DNA of 64,000 nt from Bilabrum cf. latius. Its lineage: Eukaryota. Position numbers and translations under genes: made by a program. A model generated the notes under the pieces. The model saw only the letters and a program-made list of their open reading frames with translations, did no database searches and had not been told where the DNA came from. Positions 1 through 13,848 of this stretch are shown in pieces. Position 1 is the first letter of the stretch, and each line of letters starts with the position of its first letter. The stretch covers positions 248,001-312,000 of the forward strand of contig OZ237752.1 in assembly GCA_965178125.1 (NCBI GenBank). The letters run 5' to 3'.

Positions 1-3000
1 GCTCTGATTCGTACAGACAGCCATCGATCGCATCCACCAGCAGCCAGAAGAGGGTCAGGCCCAGAGCAATCACCAACGGACTGAGCAGCACGATCGTCGT
101 CCGCAGGAAGTACGCAGACCCATGAGGCATCAGCGACGCCAGACCCGAGGACGCGCCCCCAACACCCAGCGTCACGGCCTCATGAACGCCAAGCGAGTCG
201 GCCAGCAGCTGCTCGTCCGTCTCCTGCGCGTGCGGCCAGTCCAGCGGCGTAGCAGTGGCGTTGTTGTCCCCGGATGCCGCCGCCCGCGCCGCGATCACTC
301 CCCATTCCGCTGCTCCCGCGTCGTCCACCGATACGTTGGCTGCCTGCGCCAGGGCCTCTGCGTCGTCTGTGGCCTGCTGCAGCATGCAGTCAAGGCTGAG
401 CACGTCCGAGCTGACGCTGGAGACAGCTGACATGCTGTTGAAGAGACGGATCGCGGTGTCGGGCCACTTGAGCTTGAAGGATGCCGCGATTGCCACCACC
501 TGAATGTGTGAGAAGAGGATCTTGATGGCCGATACGGTCAGGTCCCGGCGCTCCTTAAGAGTGCCATCTCGTGCATCTGATGGGAGCGAGGCTTCGTCGT
601 CTGCGGAGGATGCATTTCCAGATGCCGCCGGTACAGCTGTATGCACTCTGCCAGACCTGCCATGCATCATGGGGTTGTCCATGATCATGCGTGGACCATC
701 GCTAGCTCCCGACTCGGATGAAGCGCGAGTCATGCTCGTTGGGCGATCGCCATCGGATCCGGGTTTGATCCGTCCAGCACCCCCTACCCCTAGCTGTGCC
801 GCCAGCTTTTCTGCTGCCTGCGCTCCTTGCCTCAGCGCATTGAGCACAAGGCCGATGGACACAAGCACCATTGTTGTCGTCACCAGCACAGCGATCGTAA
901 ACACGGCCAGTCCACCCCGGCACTGCCTGCACTCGTACTGCCCCCATGGCGTGTACCCCGGCTGGCACCGCGCGCACAGCAGCCCCGTGTATCCCTCCTC
1001 GCAGCGCTCGCCCACCCACAGGGGGGCTCCTGCGTCGGTCAGCTCACTGATGCTGGCTCCCTGCGCCGCCGATGTGTTCGATGCTGACTTGCGTATTGCA
1101 CGAGCCCGCTGCAGCGACATTGCCTGTGGCGGAACAATGCCTTCGTACAGTGACTGCAGCGACACATCAGACCACTGTGCCTACTGGCTTGACTGGAGTC
1201 GTCGCTGCGCGGTCGATCCGGAGGAGGGCACGAGGGCATCTGGCGCCCCCTCCTCGGGAGACCCACCAGCCTCAGCCGCATCCAATCTCGCTAGAGACAG
1301 GCACGACTCAGGACGAAGGCACCGCGAGAATGCCGCGCGACCAGGCACCCACGGCAGTCGCTGGTACCCCGCCCGTGCCGCCACCGTGAACGTGGAGCCC
1401 CCATCGCACAGCGAGGCCTCTAGGTCGCAGGGACGGCACACCCACTCGGCCATCGGCAGATGAGTCGTGAGGAACTCCGACGGCGAGCATGACGAAGGGA
1501 TGCCGGGCGTCCACGCCGAGTACGGACTGGATCCGGCGGCGCTGCGGGCCCGCACCCGCACACTCAATGGTCGCGCATCGATTGCCGTGACTACGGCCTA
1601 CATGACAGCAACCCCGCCGGAGGAGCTCCACTGCGCAGTCAGCTCTTCTAGGTCCACATCGAATGCAGTGGATTCGGTTGAGGCCGTGGAGACACTCGTG
1701 TTGGTCCCATCGCCGTCTATTGCCACCTCCGAAATCGACCTCATGTCAATCTAGAAGCCGTCCAGCGGCTCCAGGCCAAGGTCGTTCACCGAGACCGCGG
1801 CAGGGTCGGGGAATGCCCAGCGGACCGTGATGCGGTCATTGCGCTCTCGCCATGCCTGCACATGCTGCGGGAGGTCCGGCCAGGGACTTCCTGTGACACC
1901 GTACGTGAAACGTGGAGCACTCGTCTCGTCGCTGGAGAGCCCGCCGCTCTGATGCACCACCACGGGGAGATCATCGAGGCTCCCGCCCGACAGCGATGGC
2001 ACCACGCACTCCAACGACGTCTCTCCGCGTACGACTACGTCGAGGCACTCGTGTGGACCCATGCTCACACGGGATACATCCGCGCTGCTTCGGCCCAGAC
2101 TCGTCCCGGCGATCACAAGTCGCTCGCCCGCCAAGGCGCTGTCGGGCGTCACCGAGGTCACGATGGGCACTCCTAGGGGCGAGAAGAGGCGGTTGCGAGG
2201 ACTCGTCTGGCTAGCCACCTGCACCTCCACCAGACTGCCCGCAGGCCAGCTGGAACCCTACACGTCCACACAATCGATGCGCGTGCTGGACCTCCACCGA
2301 ATGCTCCCGCATGGCTGGCCGCCCACGAACACCGCCTCCACGTCGGTCTGTCGGAAGCCGAAGTGGAGCCCATGGATGGTGAAGTCGGCCGAGACAAACG
2401 GCCCCATGATGCTGTATGCAGGAAGCACATCCTCCACACTCGGTCCCGCGTAGCTCACCACGTGCTGAGATGCCGATGGCAACCCGGTGCCACCCGACCC
2501 GACCCCCGCCGCTGTGGATGAGTTGCCGCTCAGTGTGTCGACCACCACCGCAACATCCACGCCCACTCCAGGCTCGCAGTACGCCAGCAGCTCCTCGTCC
2601 GACACCCACACAACCACCCTGGACATCTGGCCTCCGACGGTCACTCCACGGACGGCCCATGGACCCGCCCCAAGACCTGAGCCCCGGATCTGCATCAGCC
2701 CCGCAGCTGCACCCGCTCCCACCAGGGTTGGAGCCACGGCAACTGCGTCCGTTGCTGACAGCACCACAGACACTCGTGAGCTGTTTGCCCCCCGCTACTC
2801 CCAGTCGTCAGACCCCGCCAGCTGCAGCAGGGCGGCCAGCTGCACCGACGGAGACTCTCCATCTCCGCGCGCTGCCTGCACCCTCAACGCCGACCCGCTG
2901 GTCACAGCATCGGCGGTCCCATTCGACGGGAACGTCCTGGGACTCAGCACCTGCAGGCGCGGCCGTCCAACCAGCAACAAGCTGCCGCCTGGAGCCATGG

Positions 3001-6000
3001 AAGTCGTCAGCAGCTCCGAAGCGGCTGCCGCATCAAGGCCCCCCGTGGCATCTTGCCCGCCTACCCGCAGCCGCATGTCCACCAGCTGTTGGCGTGTACC
3101 AGCCAGCTCCATGGCCAGCCCACCGGTGCGCCAGTCCTGCACCGAGCATCGCACGCGGACCAACATGTCCACCGATGGATCCCCCAGGGCCGGAGACGTG
3201 CCCTGAATGGCCACCTCTTTGCAGCTGGTGTTCCATCCCGGGCCCTCCAGCAGCACTACCCCGAGGCCGTCCGAGCTCAATGCTTCCCACTGCGTCAGGC
3301 TCCAGCCGGCGTGCTTCACGGACAGCTCCAGCCGCACGTCTTGCTCCTCAGTGTAGGCGACCGCCCGCGGGTAGCTTGCATTGATACTGCCACCCATAAC
3401 GGCAACCGACTGGATCCGCGGCGCGGCATACCCCACCGTCGGTGCCCCTGTCTCGAGGTTCTCGCCGTTCTGGGCTGAAACCACCCGCACCGCGTGGCCA
3501 ACGCCCACACCAGGGGCCAGCAGGCAGCCAATGCGCACCCCAAGCTCGCGCATCTCGACATTGGAACACGCAAATGGTCCCACGGTGACTGATACAATGT
3601 CCTGCGGGGACTAGCCCAGCCCCTCACCGTGTACATCAATCCAGCCTCCCTCCCCGGGAACGACCGCCGGCGTCACCGAGGTAACTTGCACAGGCGGCTG
3701 GAAGGGGAAGGCAGTCAGGTCCACGGCCTCTCGACTCCCTATGACCACCCTCACACTGTAGTCGCCAGGTGTCCACGGCGGAGACAGGCCGCTGCATCGA
3801 ATGGCCGGTCGTTGATCACCCTCACGCTCGGGCACTCCCGACCCGACACCAGCACGCGGGCTGACGTGCCGATGCCCCCTACTCGCGGGATCCCAAAGTG
3901 GCGGCCCGTGACGATCACCTCGTACGACGAGTTCAGCACGTTGTAGACGGTTTGTGGCGACGTGACCACTTGGTCCATCTCTGGGGCGGTAAATCGCAGC
4001 ACACCAACCGCGCTCACGTAGTCGCGGCCCCATACGGTCCGCACCCGCACCACGCCCGCCCCGCCCTCGCTGGCCGACAATGTGCAACGGATCACGAAGT
4101 CGGACTCGACCGTCACGTTGGTGCATGGCGAGCCGTCCACATCTACGGACTCGATGTAGCGCCCCTCGCCCGCCCCCAGCTGCACCCCCAGCAGCTGCAC
4201 GCTCTCCCCACCGCTGGGACTCACCAGTGATGGACTGGCCCCCAGCACGGTGGGGTCCTCCACGACTAGCAGCTGGCTCGCCACGGTAGTCTTGGGAGCA
4301 GTGGGGGCTGGGGTTGTGGAGGAAGACCAGCCTGCGCCACCGGCGGGCTGCAGCGTTGTGTTTATGGCCTGCTTCCATTCCAATGCAAGGGCAGCGCCTC
4401 GGGTCTCCCCGTCGGTCTCATTCGCGGCGTTCACCAGCAAGCTGCCAACCGATACCATACTCACTGCATCAGACGTCACCAGATGTGCGCGCACCCCGCA
4501 CCGCAGCTCCGTGGCAGACACAACCTCTAGAGGGTCGCATCTCTGGCCACCGAGCAGCACTGCCCCCACAGCCAGCTCCCCTCCACTCGTTGCAAGCCCC
4601 GTGCCTCGAACTATGACATCGTGTCTATACTAAGGATCCAGGTGCGTCTCCAGCATCGTGGTGATGCGCACGGTCGCTGGACTTACGGACTGCACCGTGG
4701 GATCCGGCACCGAGACCCAGGCAGCCCGCATGGCGGCCGCTTCTGAAGGGGCAGCGGCCGTCTCATCCTCCACCGCGATTCGAGCTGTCTCCAGCCAGTC
4801 CAGCCCCGGAAGCGACGCCGTCATCGCGAACGGACCCCCCGATCCGTCGGAGCCCAACTTGCACTGAAGGGTCGTGGATGCGGCACTACCCACAGCTGCC
4901 AACCCAGAGCGCCCGGCGGCATCGCACCCAAAGGGGCCCACACGAGCGCGTGCAATCTGCCGACTGCTAGTCACAGATGCATTCGCCAGGCTTGTCCATG
5001 GATACAAGTCGTCGGAGTCTTCCATCAGCAGAGTACCAGCCCCTTCCAGAGCCGCATCCCAGCCCCCGCCTGCACCCCAGCCGTCGCCCACGGGAGCAGC
5101 AGCTAGCACATCCCCCGCCCCCACCTAAGGCCCCCAGCCACCCGACCGCAGCAGCCTCAGGGGACCCAATATACCCACAGCCAAGCACGGCAAGGCGCTG
5201 ACACTGGCATTGGCGGTACCTAGTGCAGTTTGCATATCCCACCTCGCCGCCAGCTGGATCCTCCTTTCGCACGGATCCTATCCTGAGCTCCTTTCCTCTG
5301 TCTGGACCAGAGCGGCGCCCTCCTGCCCGTCATCCGTTGACCACCGCCCATCTGAATACCGAATCACGACCGCGGCCAGTCCAGGCAGAAGCGCCCGCGC
5401 TGGATTGCACTGCACGATGGTGGTGCCCCTGCCGGCGTGCAGGCTGGCGGTGGCGCAAGGCACACCGCCCACCCAGACGTGGGCTGCTTCCTGTGCCCTG
5501 CCCAGATTCGATGGTCGAGGCAAATACACGGGTCGCCGAAGCACCACAGTAATCGCATCGTTGGCACGGCCTGCATGCACCGCGCTGCATCTGGCTGCGG
5601 GACCCACCCAGGCGATGTCCTCGTGAGGCAGCCCCCCTTGGCCAGCTCCCGCCGCCTGGCCCCCGAGCAGTCCCTCCGTCAGCAAGCAGCCTGCCTGCGC
5701 CAAGTGTCGCATGATGGCATCTCCGCCCCACGTGAGATTGGCCCCGGCAATCGCAGCGTCTGTGTCAGGAGCGATCCCGAGAGCTGCGGCGCTGGTGGGG
5801 TCGAGAGGTGGCCAGCCGCCACCACCTGAGCTCGCAACCAGGGTGGCATTGAGGGCAGCACACATGCCGGCAGTGCCTCCGCAGTCCAGCGCACGCGCGC
5901 GTTGCTGGTCCATCAGTCGCATCCAGGGTGGTGTGGAGCTCAGATTGGCCGTGGACGCCTCCATGCGCACCAGACTGCGCCCACTACAGCCAGGGGCAGC

Positions 6001-9000
6001 GGCCAGCAGGTGCACCTGCTGCGTGGCCAGGTCGCTCTGCATACCGACCGTAGTCTCTAGCGCCGTGCCCAGGCGGCACGAGGGCCCCACGCCAGCGGGC
6101 GGAGGCGACCCAGGCTCTTGCCCGTGCAGTGAATCGGCTGCGTGCAACCGCTCCACGATGGCGGATGCATTCCCCATCGGACCCAGCCGTGAGTGCAGGT
6201 CCACTTGTACCCTCGCAACTGCCCCCGCTGAGTCATTGTACCCTGGTGCCCCGGCGTAGAAGACCACGGTTCCGTCATCTCCGAAGCCGAGCAGCTCCAC
6301 AGAGGCTCCAAAGGCCGAGTCCTCAAACAGAAGGGGCCAGCGGCCGTCCAGTCGCAGCGGCATCAGCGCTGGAGACACGAGATGGTGCCCTGCCACTGTG
6401 AATGAGAGCCTGTCCGGCGCTCCTGTGTCCCCTATCACGGCCAGGTGCATCATCACCACGGCACCGAAGCGGCCCCCGCCGGATGACCCGTCAGCCCAGT
6501 CCGGCGCTCCCACCAGCAGCGACACCTCGCCCGCTGCCTCCCCAGGGGACACATCCGGCTCCTGTCCCTCCAGCCGCAGAGGCCCCAGGAACTCGATCGC
6601 CGCCCCGAAGCTGTCGCCCGTACTCCCAGTCGGAGATGCCAAAGTGGCAAGCACCCGCCCCGACCACGCCTGGCCCTCTCTGCTCAGCGACAGTAGCCTC
6701 ACCTCGTCCTCTAGAGGAGCGCCCGCAGCCACCACGTGGTCGTGCAGCCACGTGCCGCCCAGGAGCGCTCGACCCATGCAGGCAACCGCTGCCCCTGTGG
6801 ATGACGGGCCCTCGTGCACTGTGTTGTTGCGGAGCAGTTGCAGCGGCGGCTTGGATCCGCTCCCAGGGCTAGATGCCGCGACCGTGGCCACTCCCACGCG
6901 CCCGGAGAATGCATCGCCCACCAGCAGCGCCAGACTGCCGTCGCCCTGCCTCGAGTCTCCAAGGGAGCACACCGCGCTCCCCTGCAGCAGGACTGCATCT
7001 GGGGAGGTGCCAGGCTCGGATAGGGTCGGCGTGCTAGATCCGTACCCGACACCCATCCTTACGCGATATCCTCCTCGAGAGAGCCACGAGTGGTGCACCT
7101 GGCTTGCGTGTTGCATGCCAGCCCCGCCAGATGCCATCGAGTCACATGATGCTTCCAGCACGATTACAGGAGCATCGCTGGCACCAAAAGCTCCAATCGA
7201 GGACTCCAGAGAGCACGCACCACCCTGCAGTCTGGCTGCCGAGCCTGCTACGGCATGCGCTGGGATGGGTGGCAACGACTGTGAGATCTAGGGGTATTCG
7301 GTTTGGGCCGCATGGCTACTGTTCATAAGAAGAACCCACACCGCACCTTTACCAGAGCCCCCATCATCATCTAGATAGGCCCCCACGGCCATGTCCACCA
7401 CACCGTCTCCGTCCAGGTCCCCCAGCGATACCGCAGAACTGCCGAACAGGTCACTATTATCCAGCTGCCCTGTGAAGCCGCCCTGGGTGTCCGATATCTT
7501 CTGATGCGACTTCACGGTTCCATTAGAATACAAAACGAGTACCCACATAGCCCCTTTACCAGAGCCCCCATCATCATCTAGATAGGCCCCCACAGCCATG
7601 TCCACCACCCCGTCTCCGTCCATGTCCCCCAGCGATGCCACGGAGCTGCCGAAGTAGTCACCGTTATCCAGATATTCCATGAAGCCGCCCTGGGTGTCCG
7701 ATATCTTCTGATGCGACTTCACCATGCCGTTGGATCGAAGGAACAGCACCCATATAGCCCCTCTATCACCGCCCCCATCATCATCATTCATTGCTCCCAC
7801 AGCCATGTCTATCACCTCGTCTCCGTCCAGGTCCCCCAGCGATACCGCAGAACTGCCGAAGTAGTCAAAATTATCCAGCTACCCCGTGAAGCCGCCCTGT
7901 GTGTCTGATATCTTCTGATGCGACTTCACCATGCCGTTGGATCGAAGGAACAGCACCCATATAGCCCCTCTATCACCGCCCCCATCATCATCTAGATAGG
8001 CCCCCACGGCAATGTCCCCCGCCCCGTCTCCGTCCATGTCCCCCAGCGATGCCACAGAAAAGCTGAAGCCGTCACCATCATCCAGCTACCCCGTGAAGCC
8101 GCCCTGGGTGTCTGATATCTTCTGGTGCGACTTCACCATGCCGTTGGATCGAAGGAACAGCACCCACATAGCCCCTGTATTGGAGCCCCCATCGGCATCT
8201 CCATAGGCCCCCACGGCCATGTCCACCACACCGTCTCCGTCCAGGTCCCCCAGCGATGCCGCAGAACTGCCGAAGAGGTCATCATCATCCAGCTACCCCG
8301 TGAAGCCGCCCTGGGTGTCTGATATCTTCTGATGCGACTTCACCATGCCGTTGGATCGAAGGAACAGCACCCATACAGCCCCTCTGAACGTGCCCCCATC
8401 GTTATCTAACCTCGCTCCCACGGCCATGTCCACCACCCCGTCTCCGTCCAGGTCCCCCAGCGATGCCGCAGAGATGCCGAAGAGGTCACTATCATCCAGC
8501 TACCCCGTGAAGCCGCCCTGGGTGTCCGATATCTTCTGATGTCGTAGCTCCGTCGCGGCCGCCGGCATCCCTCCAGCCACTTTCGGATACACGAGTACGC
8601 GATGTGGCCCCGAGCCCCGCCTCCGGATCAGGGCAGACTCCTGCTCTGACCCAACCCGCAGCCGATCCACCCCACGTAGGCCGCAGCCCACGCCACCATC
8701 AGGGAGGCCCATGATGTCCGTGCAGTTGGCCCCGAGGGCCCGCGCACCTGCTGCGCATGCCTCGCCAGCCTCCCCGCACCCCGTGCCGTTGAACCCGAAC
8801 ACCAGATCTGCGCCCGCCATGGACAGCAGGTCAACGCCCGTCAGCTCCTCTCCGCCCCCGTCGTCGCCCTTGATGCTCTGGGGCTCGATCCGCACAGTGG
8901 CCGAGGTGCTGCCGCCGATCGCCAGGGTGCAGTTGGACCGCGGCAGCACCCCGCACGAGGTTGATCGATACGGAGGCTGCCGCACAATGTGAGGGCCCTC

Positions 9001-11105
9001 CCCTGGACACCCGTAGTAGTTGGCGCTGATGGGCCACAGCCGCACCAGCAGGTCAATGCGCCGAGTGCCATCCAGCCCAGCCGCACGCAGAGAGATCGAC
9101 TGCCCCATCCCCCGAGAGGTGGCCTACTCCCCGGCCAGCAAAGTACTGCCAGCCAACAGCATGAAGTGCAGTTCTGCAGGCGGCTCTGAGGCAGTAACAA
9201 TCCAGTTGAAGCGCAGGGTGGCCACCACGTCGCCCTGCAGGTACCCCAGGGGGAGCAACGCGCGGGCGGAGGCACACCCCGACTGCTCCAGGTGCACGGA
9301 ACGGTAGCCGCCAGACTCAGGCAACACCGCCTCTGCGTCGTCGTACAGGGTCCCATCAACCACGTGTGCCTCCGTCGCAAGGGACCACCCCGCGGGCACG
9401 CTGGCAGGATCCACCACGTACTCGTCCTTAGATAGCCCGACGTACCACTATGGCGACGGTGAGGGTCGAATATTACGCGGGAACAGCACCCACATAGCCC
9501 CTCTATTAAAGCCCCCATCATCATCGCGATAAGCCCCCACGGCCATGTCTACCACCCCGTCTCCATCCAGGTCCCCCAGCGATGTCGCTGAATAGCCAAA
9601 GTTGTCATGATTACCCAACCGCCCCGTGAAGCCGCCCTGAGAGTCTGATATCTTCTGATGCGACTTCACCGTGCCGTTGGATCGAAGGAACAGCACCCAC
9701 ATAGCCCCTCTATCAAAGCCCCCATCATCATCTTCATGTGCCCCAACGGCCATGTCCACCGCCCCGTCTCCGTCCAGGTCCCCCAGCGATGCCACAGAAA
9801 TGCCAAAGTTGTCATAATTATCCAGCTACCCCGTGAAGCCGCCCTGGGTGTCTGATATCTTCTGGTGCGACTTTACCATGCCGTTGGATCGAAGGAACAG
9901 CACCCATACAGCCCCTCTCTAAAAGCCCCCATCACGATCGCTATCAGCCCCCACGGCTATGTCCACCACACCGTCTCCGTCCAGGTCCCCCAGCGATGCC
10001 GCAGAATAGCCGAAGCCGTTGCTATTGTCCAGCTACCCCGTGAAGCCGCCCTGGGTGTCTGATATCTTCTGATGCGCCTTCAGCGTGCCGTTCGATCGAA
10101 GGAACAGCACCCACATAGCCCCTCTCTAAGAGCCCCCATCATCATCTCCAGTCGCCCCAACGGCCATGTCCACCACCCCGTCTCCGTCCATGTCCCCCAG
10201 CGATGCCGCAGAACTGCCGAAGTAGCCTTCACGATCCAGCTACCCCGTGAAGCCACCCTGGGTGTCCGATATCTTCTGGTGCGACTTTACCATGCCGTTC
10301 GATCGAAGGAACAGCACCCACATAGCCCCTGTACGAGAGCCCCCATCATCATCGTTATCAGCCCCCACGGCCATGTCCACCACCCCGTCTCCGTCCAGGT
10401 CCCCCAGCGATGCTGCAGAACTGCCGAAGAGGTCATCATCATCCAGCTACCCCGTGAAGCCACCCTGGGTGTCTGATATCTTCTGGTGCGACTTCACCAT
10501 GCCATTGGATCGAAGGAACAGCACCCATACAGCCCTTGTACGAGAGCCCCCATCATCACCATTAGATTTATAGGCACCCACGGCCATGTCCACCACCCCA
10601 TCTCCGTCCAGGTCCCCCAGCGATGCCGCAGAATAGCCGAAGAGGTCACCATCATCCAGCTACCCCGTGAAGCCGCCCTGGGTGTCCGATATCTTCCTAG
10701 TCTCCTGAAGTATATCAGACGCTTCCGACAGCTCACGCTTTCCGAGCAGCTAGTACTCCGTCTGCTGATCGGCTAACTACCGACTGCGGGAAGGAGCTGG
10801 GTGACTTTGCGCACGAAAGGTATGAGCATCAATGATATAAAATGCTACAGTATAACGTTAATTGGGTTCCTGTCAGAAATAAACTGTCGCAATCCTAATC
10901 TTTTGGACCATGATATAAATTCTCACCCAATTGCGTGATCTCCCTCCGTTCGCTGGTAGTTCACAGGCAAACTCGCCTCGCACCGCGCAAGAACAAGCAC
11001 GTACAGCACCAATCGCGCGACTTGTCGTGTAGCGTGTCTAACTGGTCGTGGTAGGCTTGGGGGCTTGCCCAGTATGATACTGGAGGTTGCTTGATCACGC
11101 TGCAT
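1..11105 (-). CDS. Giant surface membrane protein (3' partial): signal peptide, 12 FG-GAP repeats, degenerate FG-GAP region, several IPT/TIG-like domains, Cys-rich segment and multi-pass TM region; needs TAG=Gln
   Basis: Probable ATG at 11105 followed by hydrophobic LVLYVLVLARCEA. A phase-compatible GT-AG intron lies at 10784-10926. ORF-track pieces 9448, 9124, 8500, 7288, 5278, 4630 and 3751 share one frame, and 3611, 2795, 2258, 1751 and 1181 share a second frame; the joins within each frame are TAG. There is one apparent 1-nt frameshift at ~3805. The C-terminal part reads CEEGYTGLLCARCQPGY..ECRQC, then TM helices and KILFSHIQVVAIAASFKLKWP, and runs off the window. Confidence 0.85.
7325..8540 (-). 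repeat. Coding tandem array of six 207-nt FG-GAP repeats (block B)
   Basis: Equivalent codons at 7465, 7672, 7879, 8086, 8293 and 8500 (period 207). Unit reads [63 protein letters not shown]. Confidence 0.95.
9480..10700 (-). repeat. Coding tandem array of six ~207-nt FG-GAP repeats (block A)
   Basis: Equivalent codons at 9619, 9826, 10033, 10240, 10447 and 10660 (last interval 213 nt). Same unit as block B. Confidence 0.95.
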
Positions 11106-11888
11106 ACCTGGTGCTCTCCCTTGGCTGGTAAGCATCCGCACTGCGCTCCTTGACGCGTGAAGGGCGCTGGATGTCTTGTTGCAATCAGACGCTAGAGTCC
11201 CTACCGGGCGGGTGGCCCACATTTCTCGCATCCGGATCTGATCCGGATGCGGACTACTGTCTCAGCAGCTTCACTTGGTTCGCACTTGGCGGCTTTCCTC
11301 CTTGCAAACGCCCCAAACCCAATGTAGCTCGTTGTATATGAAGCACCAGAACTCACACTTCAGCGTAGGCTTGTCGGCGATAGCCAACAGATTCGGAAAT
11401 TAAATAGTGCGGCCGTGAGGTGGTAGGTACCTAATAATTTGACTCCGTCCCTCGCCGGCGGCGCCTCGCCCGCGGAACCGGAAACGGAGTGACATTCTGG
11501 TTTGGGCACAAGAGTCATGACTACTTCACCGAAGCCGAAAATCTCAATTTTGTTCCAGATTTGCCACACTTTCAGCGATGGGGCACGAGCAGTCAGCTCC
11601 ACTCGGGCCTGCACACAAGCCGAACACTTTCGGCGAACAGTCCGCTCAAGCAATGGCGCTACAGCCAAGCCGAGACACGTAATTGCTTCGGGACGCGGGC
11701 GATGACCCGGTCGAGATGCTGCACTGGCTGTACGACCGGGGGTGCGTCTGCTTCGACACACCGGCTGTCGGAGATGGGATCTGGGAAGGGACGATGTGGC
11801 AGGCTGAAGGCCTGCCCGGCAGTTCGTGGCTCAGCCGAGGGGCGAATGGGGCCCTCCCCATGACGATTGCCGATAGTTTCAATAGCAG

Positions 11889-13481
11889 TCAGCTCGTTTC
11901 GTCCAGAATCTTGACGCACTCCTCGTGGCCACCCAGCTCGGCAGCACCCCTGGCATCGACAAGGTCCACCTTGCCATCCTTGCACTCCTTCTCTCGCTTC
12001 ATATCCATCCCACCGGCCAGCTTCCCCAGCCTCAATCTTTTGGCCAGCTCCAGGGGGCGCCCCTCCGATGCGGCCTACCACACGAGGCGGGCGTCCCTCT
12101 GCGCCTCTACAGCCCGCCGGAACTGGACCATCCGTGTCATCCTCGGGTTGAAATGATGGGGAAACATGCGCTCAAGTTCGCTGCGTTCGCTGGGATCTCC
12201 CCAAAAATCGCGCAAGAGCTTCATGCGCTAGTGGATGGTAAGGCCGGGCTCATCGATCGACCGCTGCAATTCCGGCCAGCCGTGTGCCCAGTGCCCGGGG
12301 AGGACGGAACACTGCGTCGCGGAACAGAATGGGGAAAATGTACCCTCATGTTCAGGAAATAGACCACGTCTTACCAGATCGTGCCAGCTTTATTTGCTCA
12401 CCTTTCTGTCTACGTACATACTGCTCGTGTGCAGGCTGGCCTTGAGATCCAGCTTGGCGCCGGCGTCGATGAGAACGGCCACCACCACCGGTGCGTTCTA
12501 CGAACTCGCAGCGTAGTGAATCGGAGACAATTGATTTGCGTATGTCTCCTGCGTAGATCGAACTGAAAGTGCACAAGCATCATTTGCCTCAGCGCTCTTT
12601 CCATCACGAGGAGGCTGTCCAACGGGTCCACACGGAGGCTCACTTCGATTGATGGGGTCCCAAGAGAAATAGGCTATTCAATGCGGTAACTGAATGACCA
12701 TGTATGCAAATCCCTTTCTGTATCAATCTGCGGCTAGCTTTTGGCCTCCAAGTCAGCGCCTGCCTTAATCATCAAAATGCATGATTTGGCCATGCCAATC
12801 ATTGCGGCATGCATCAGCGGAGTGCACCCATCCTGCGACCCTATAGAGTGTCCGGATCTTAAGAACGAGTATTCATTGTTTTGTACTCGGCAACTTATTG
12901 CCGGTAAGAGGTAGTACTTCTTACTTTGTCTCCCGCGTTCACGTCAGCGCCTTGCTCAATCAGGAGCTTGCAGCAGGAGTAATGACGGTCTGCATCCATG
13001 TTCCGTGCCGCACAATACAATGGTGTCTATTTATGTGGGTGCTGCTATCAGAAGGCAATCGGAAACCACGATGGTTGCATCTGAGACGCGCATCTGGCAG
13101 ACATAATTGGATTGATTGCAGCATCATGATGATATCTCACGGTCACAGCAGAAACACTTGCCCCTGATGAGATAAGGATCTTGCATAATTCTTCATGCCC
13201 ATCAAGAGCAGCCTAGTGCAGCAACGAATAACTGATCTGCGAGCATTCAAATATTGGATTCGTGTTAAACTCAACCGGAAATGATACTACGTAGGTCATG
13301 CAGAACTTTAGCGCTGCAATTTACCCACGCTAGACCCACGGATGGTCCTATGTACGTCCTTATTGACCAAAACCTCTCGTGCCTTGGGACAAGTACTCCC
13401 GAGAATGGCGATCGCCCTCGAGACGTCTGATTTCTAGACTGCATCCTCGAGGGACTCAAAGTCGGTCACAGGGCGAATCAT
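11889..13481 (-). CDS. Multi-exon ankyrin-repeat protein, copy 1 (TAG=Gln)
   Basis: ATG at 13481 (MIRPVTDFESLEDAV*KSDV...LVNKD). GT-AG bounded exons encode SLLH*AALDGHEELCKILISSGASV, TPLYCAARN..CKLLIEQGADVNAGDK, DGCTPLMHAAMIG..IKAGADLEAKS and SPIHYAASS*NAPVVVAVLIDAGAKLD. TGA at 11889-11891. Not seen in the ORF track. Confidence 0.85.
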
Positions 13482-13848
13482 GGATCTAGCAAAATCAAAG
13501 GCAAGGAATCGCTGAGGGGCTGCACCGGGATCGCATCCGCTTAATCGGGAAAATAACGAAATAGCGAAAACCGGCCGATCCTATACAGTACACGTTATTA
13601 TTGTAAAGAAACCGGATTGTGGCGAAAAGAAAACCCGGCAGTCATTTTATCGAACGATCGTGAGTATTTCTGCATTTGATGCGCGACTTATTCTAATTTG
13701 CACTATGATGTAGTAGTTTGGGCTGGTTCGAGCTGGTTAGATGTCTCCTGAGTACTCTAACGGGTTTCGCTTGATTGCCGTCGAGCACCTTCCGTTCCTG
13801 GGCAAATGGGGCCCTCCCCATGACGATTGCCGATAGTTTCAATAGCAG

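Noticed and set aside
11653-11842. + strand fragment (VEMLHWLYDRGC...) with an in-frame TAA at 11680, as possible TAA read-through
   Set aside because: It is short, has no identifiable family and abuts the duplication boundary. It is at best a gene remnant and not usable evidence for TAA reassignment.
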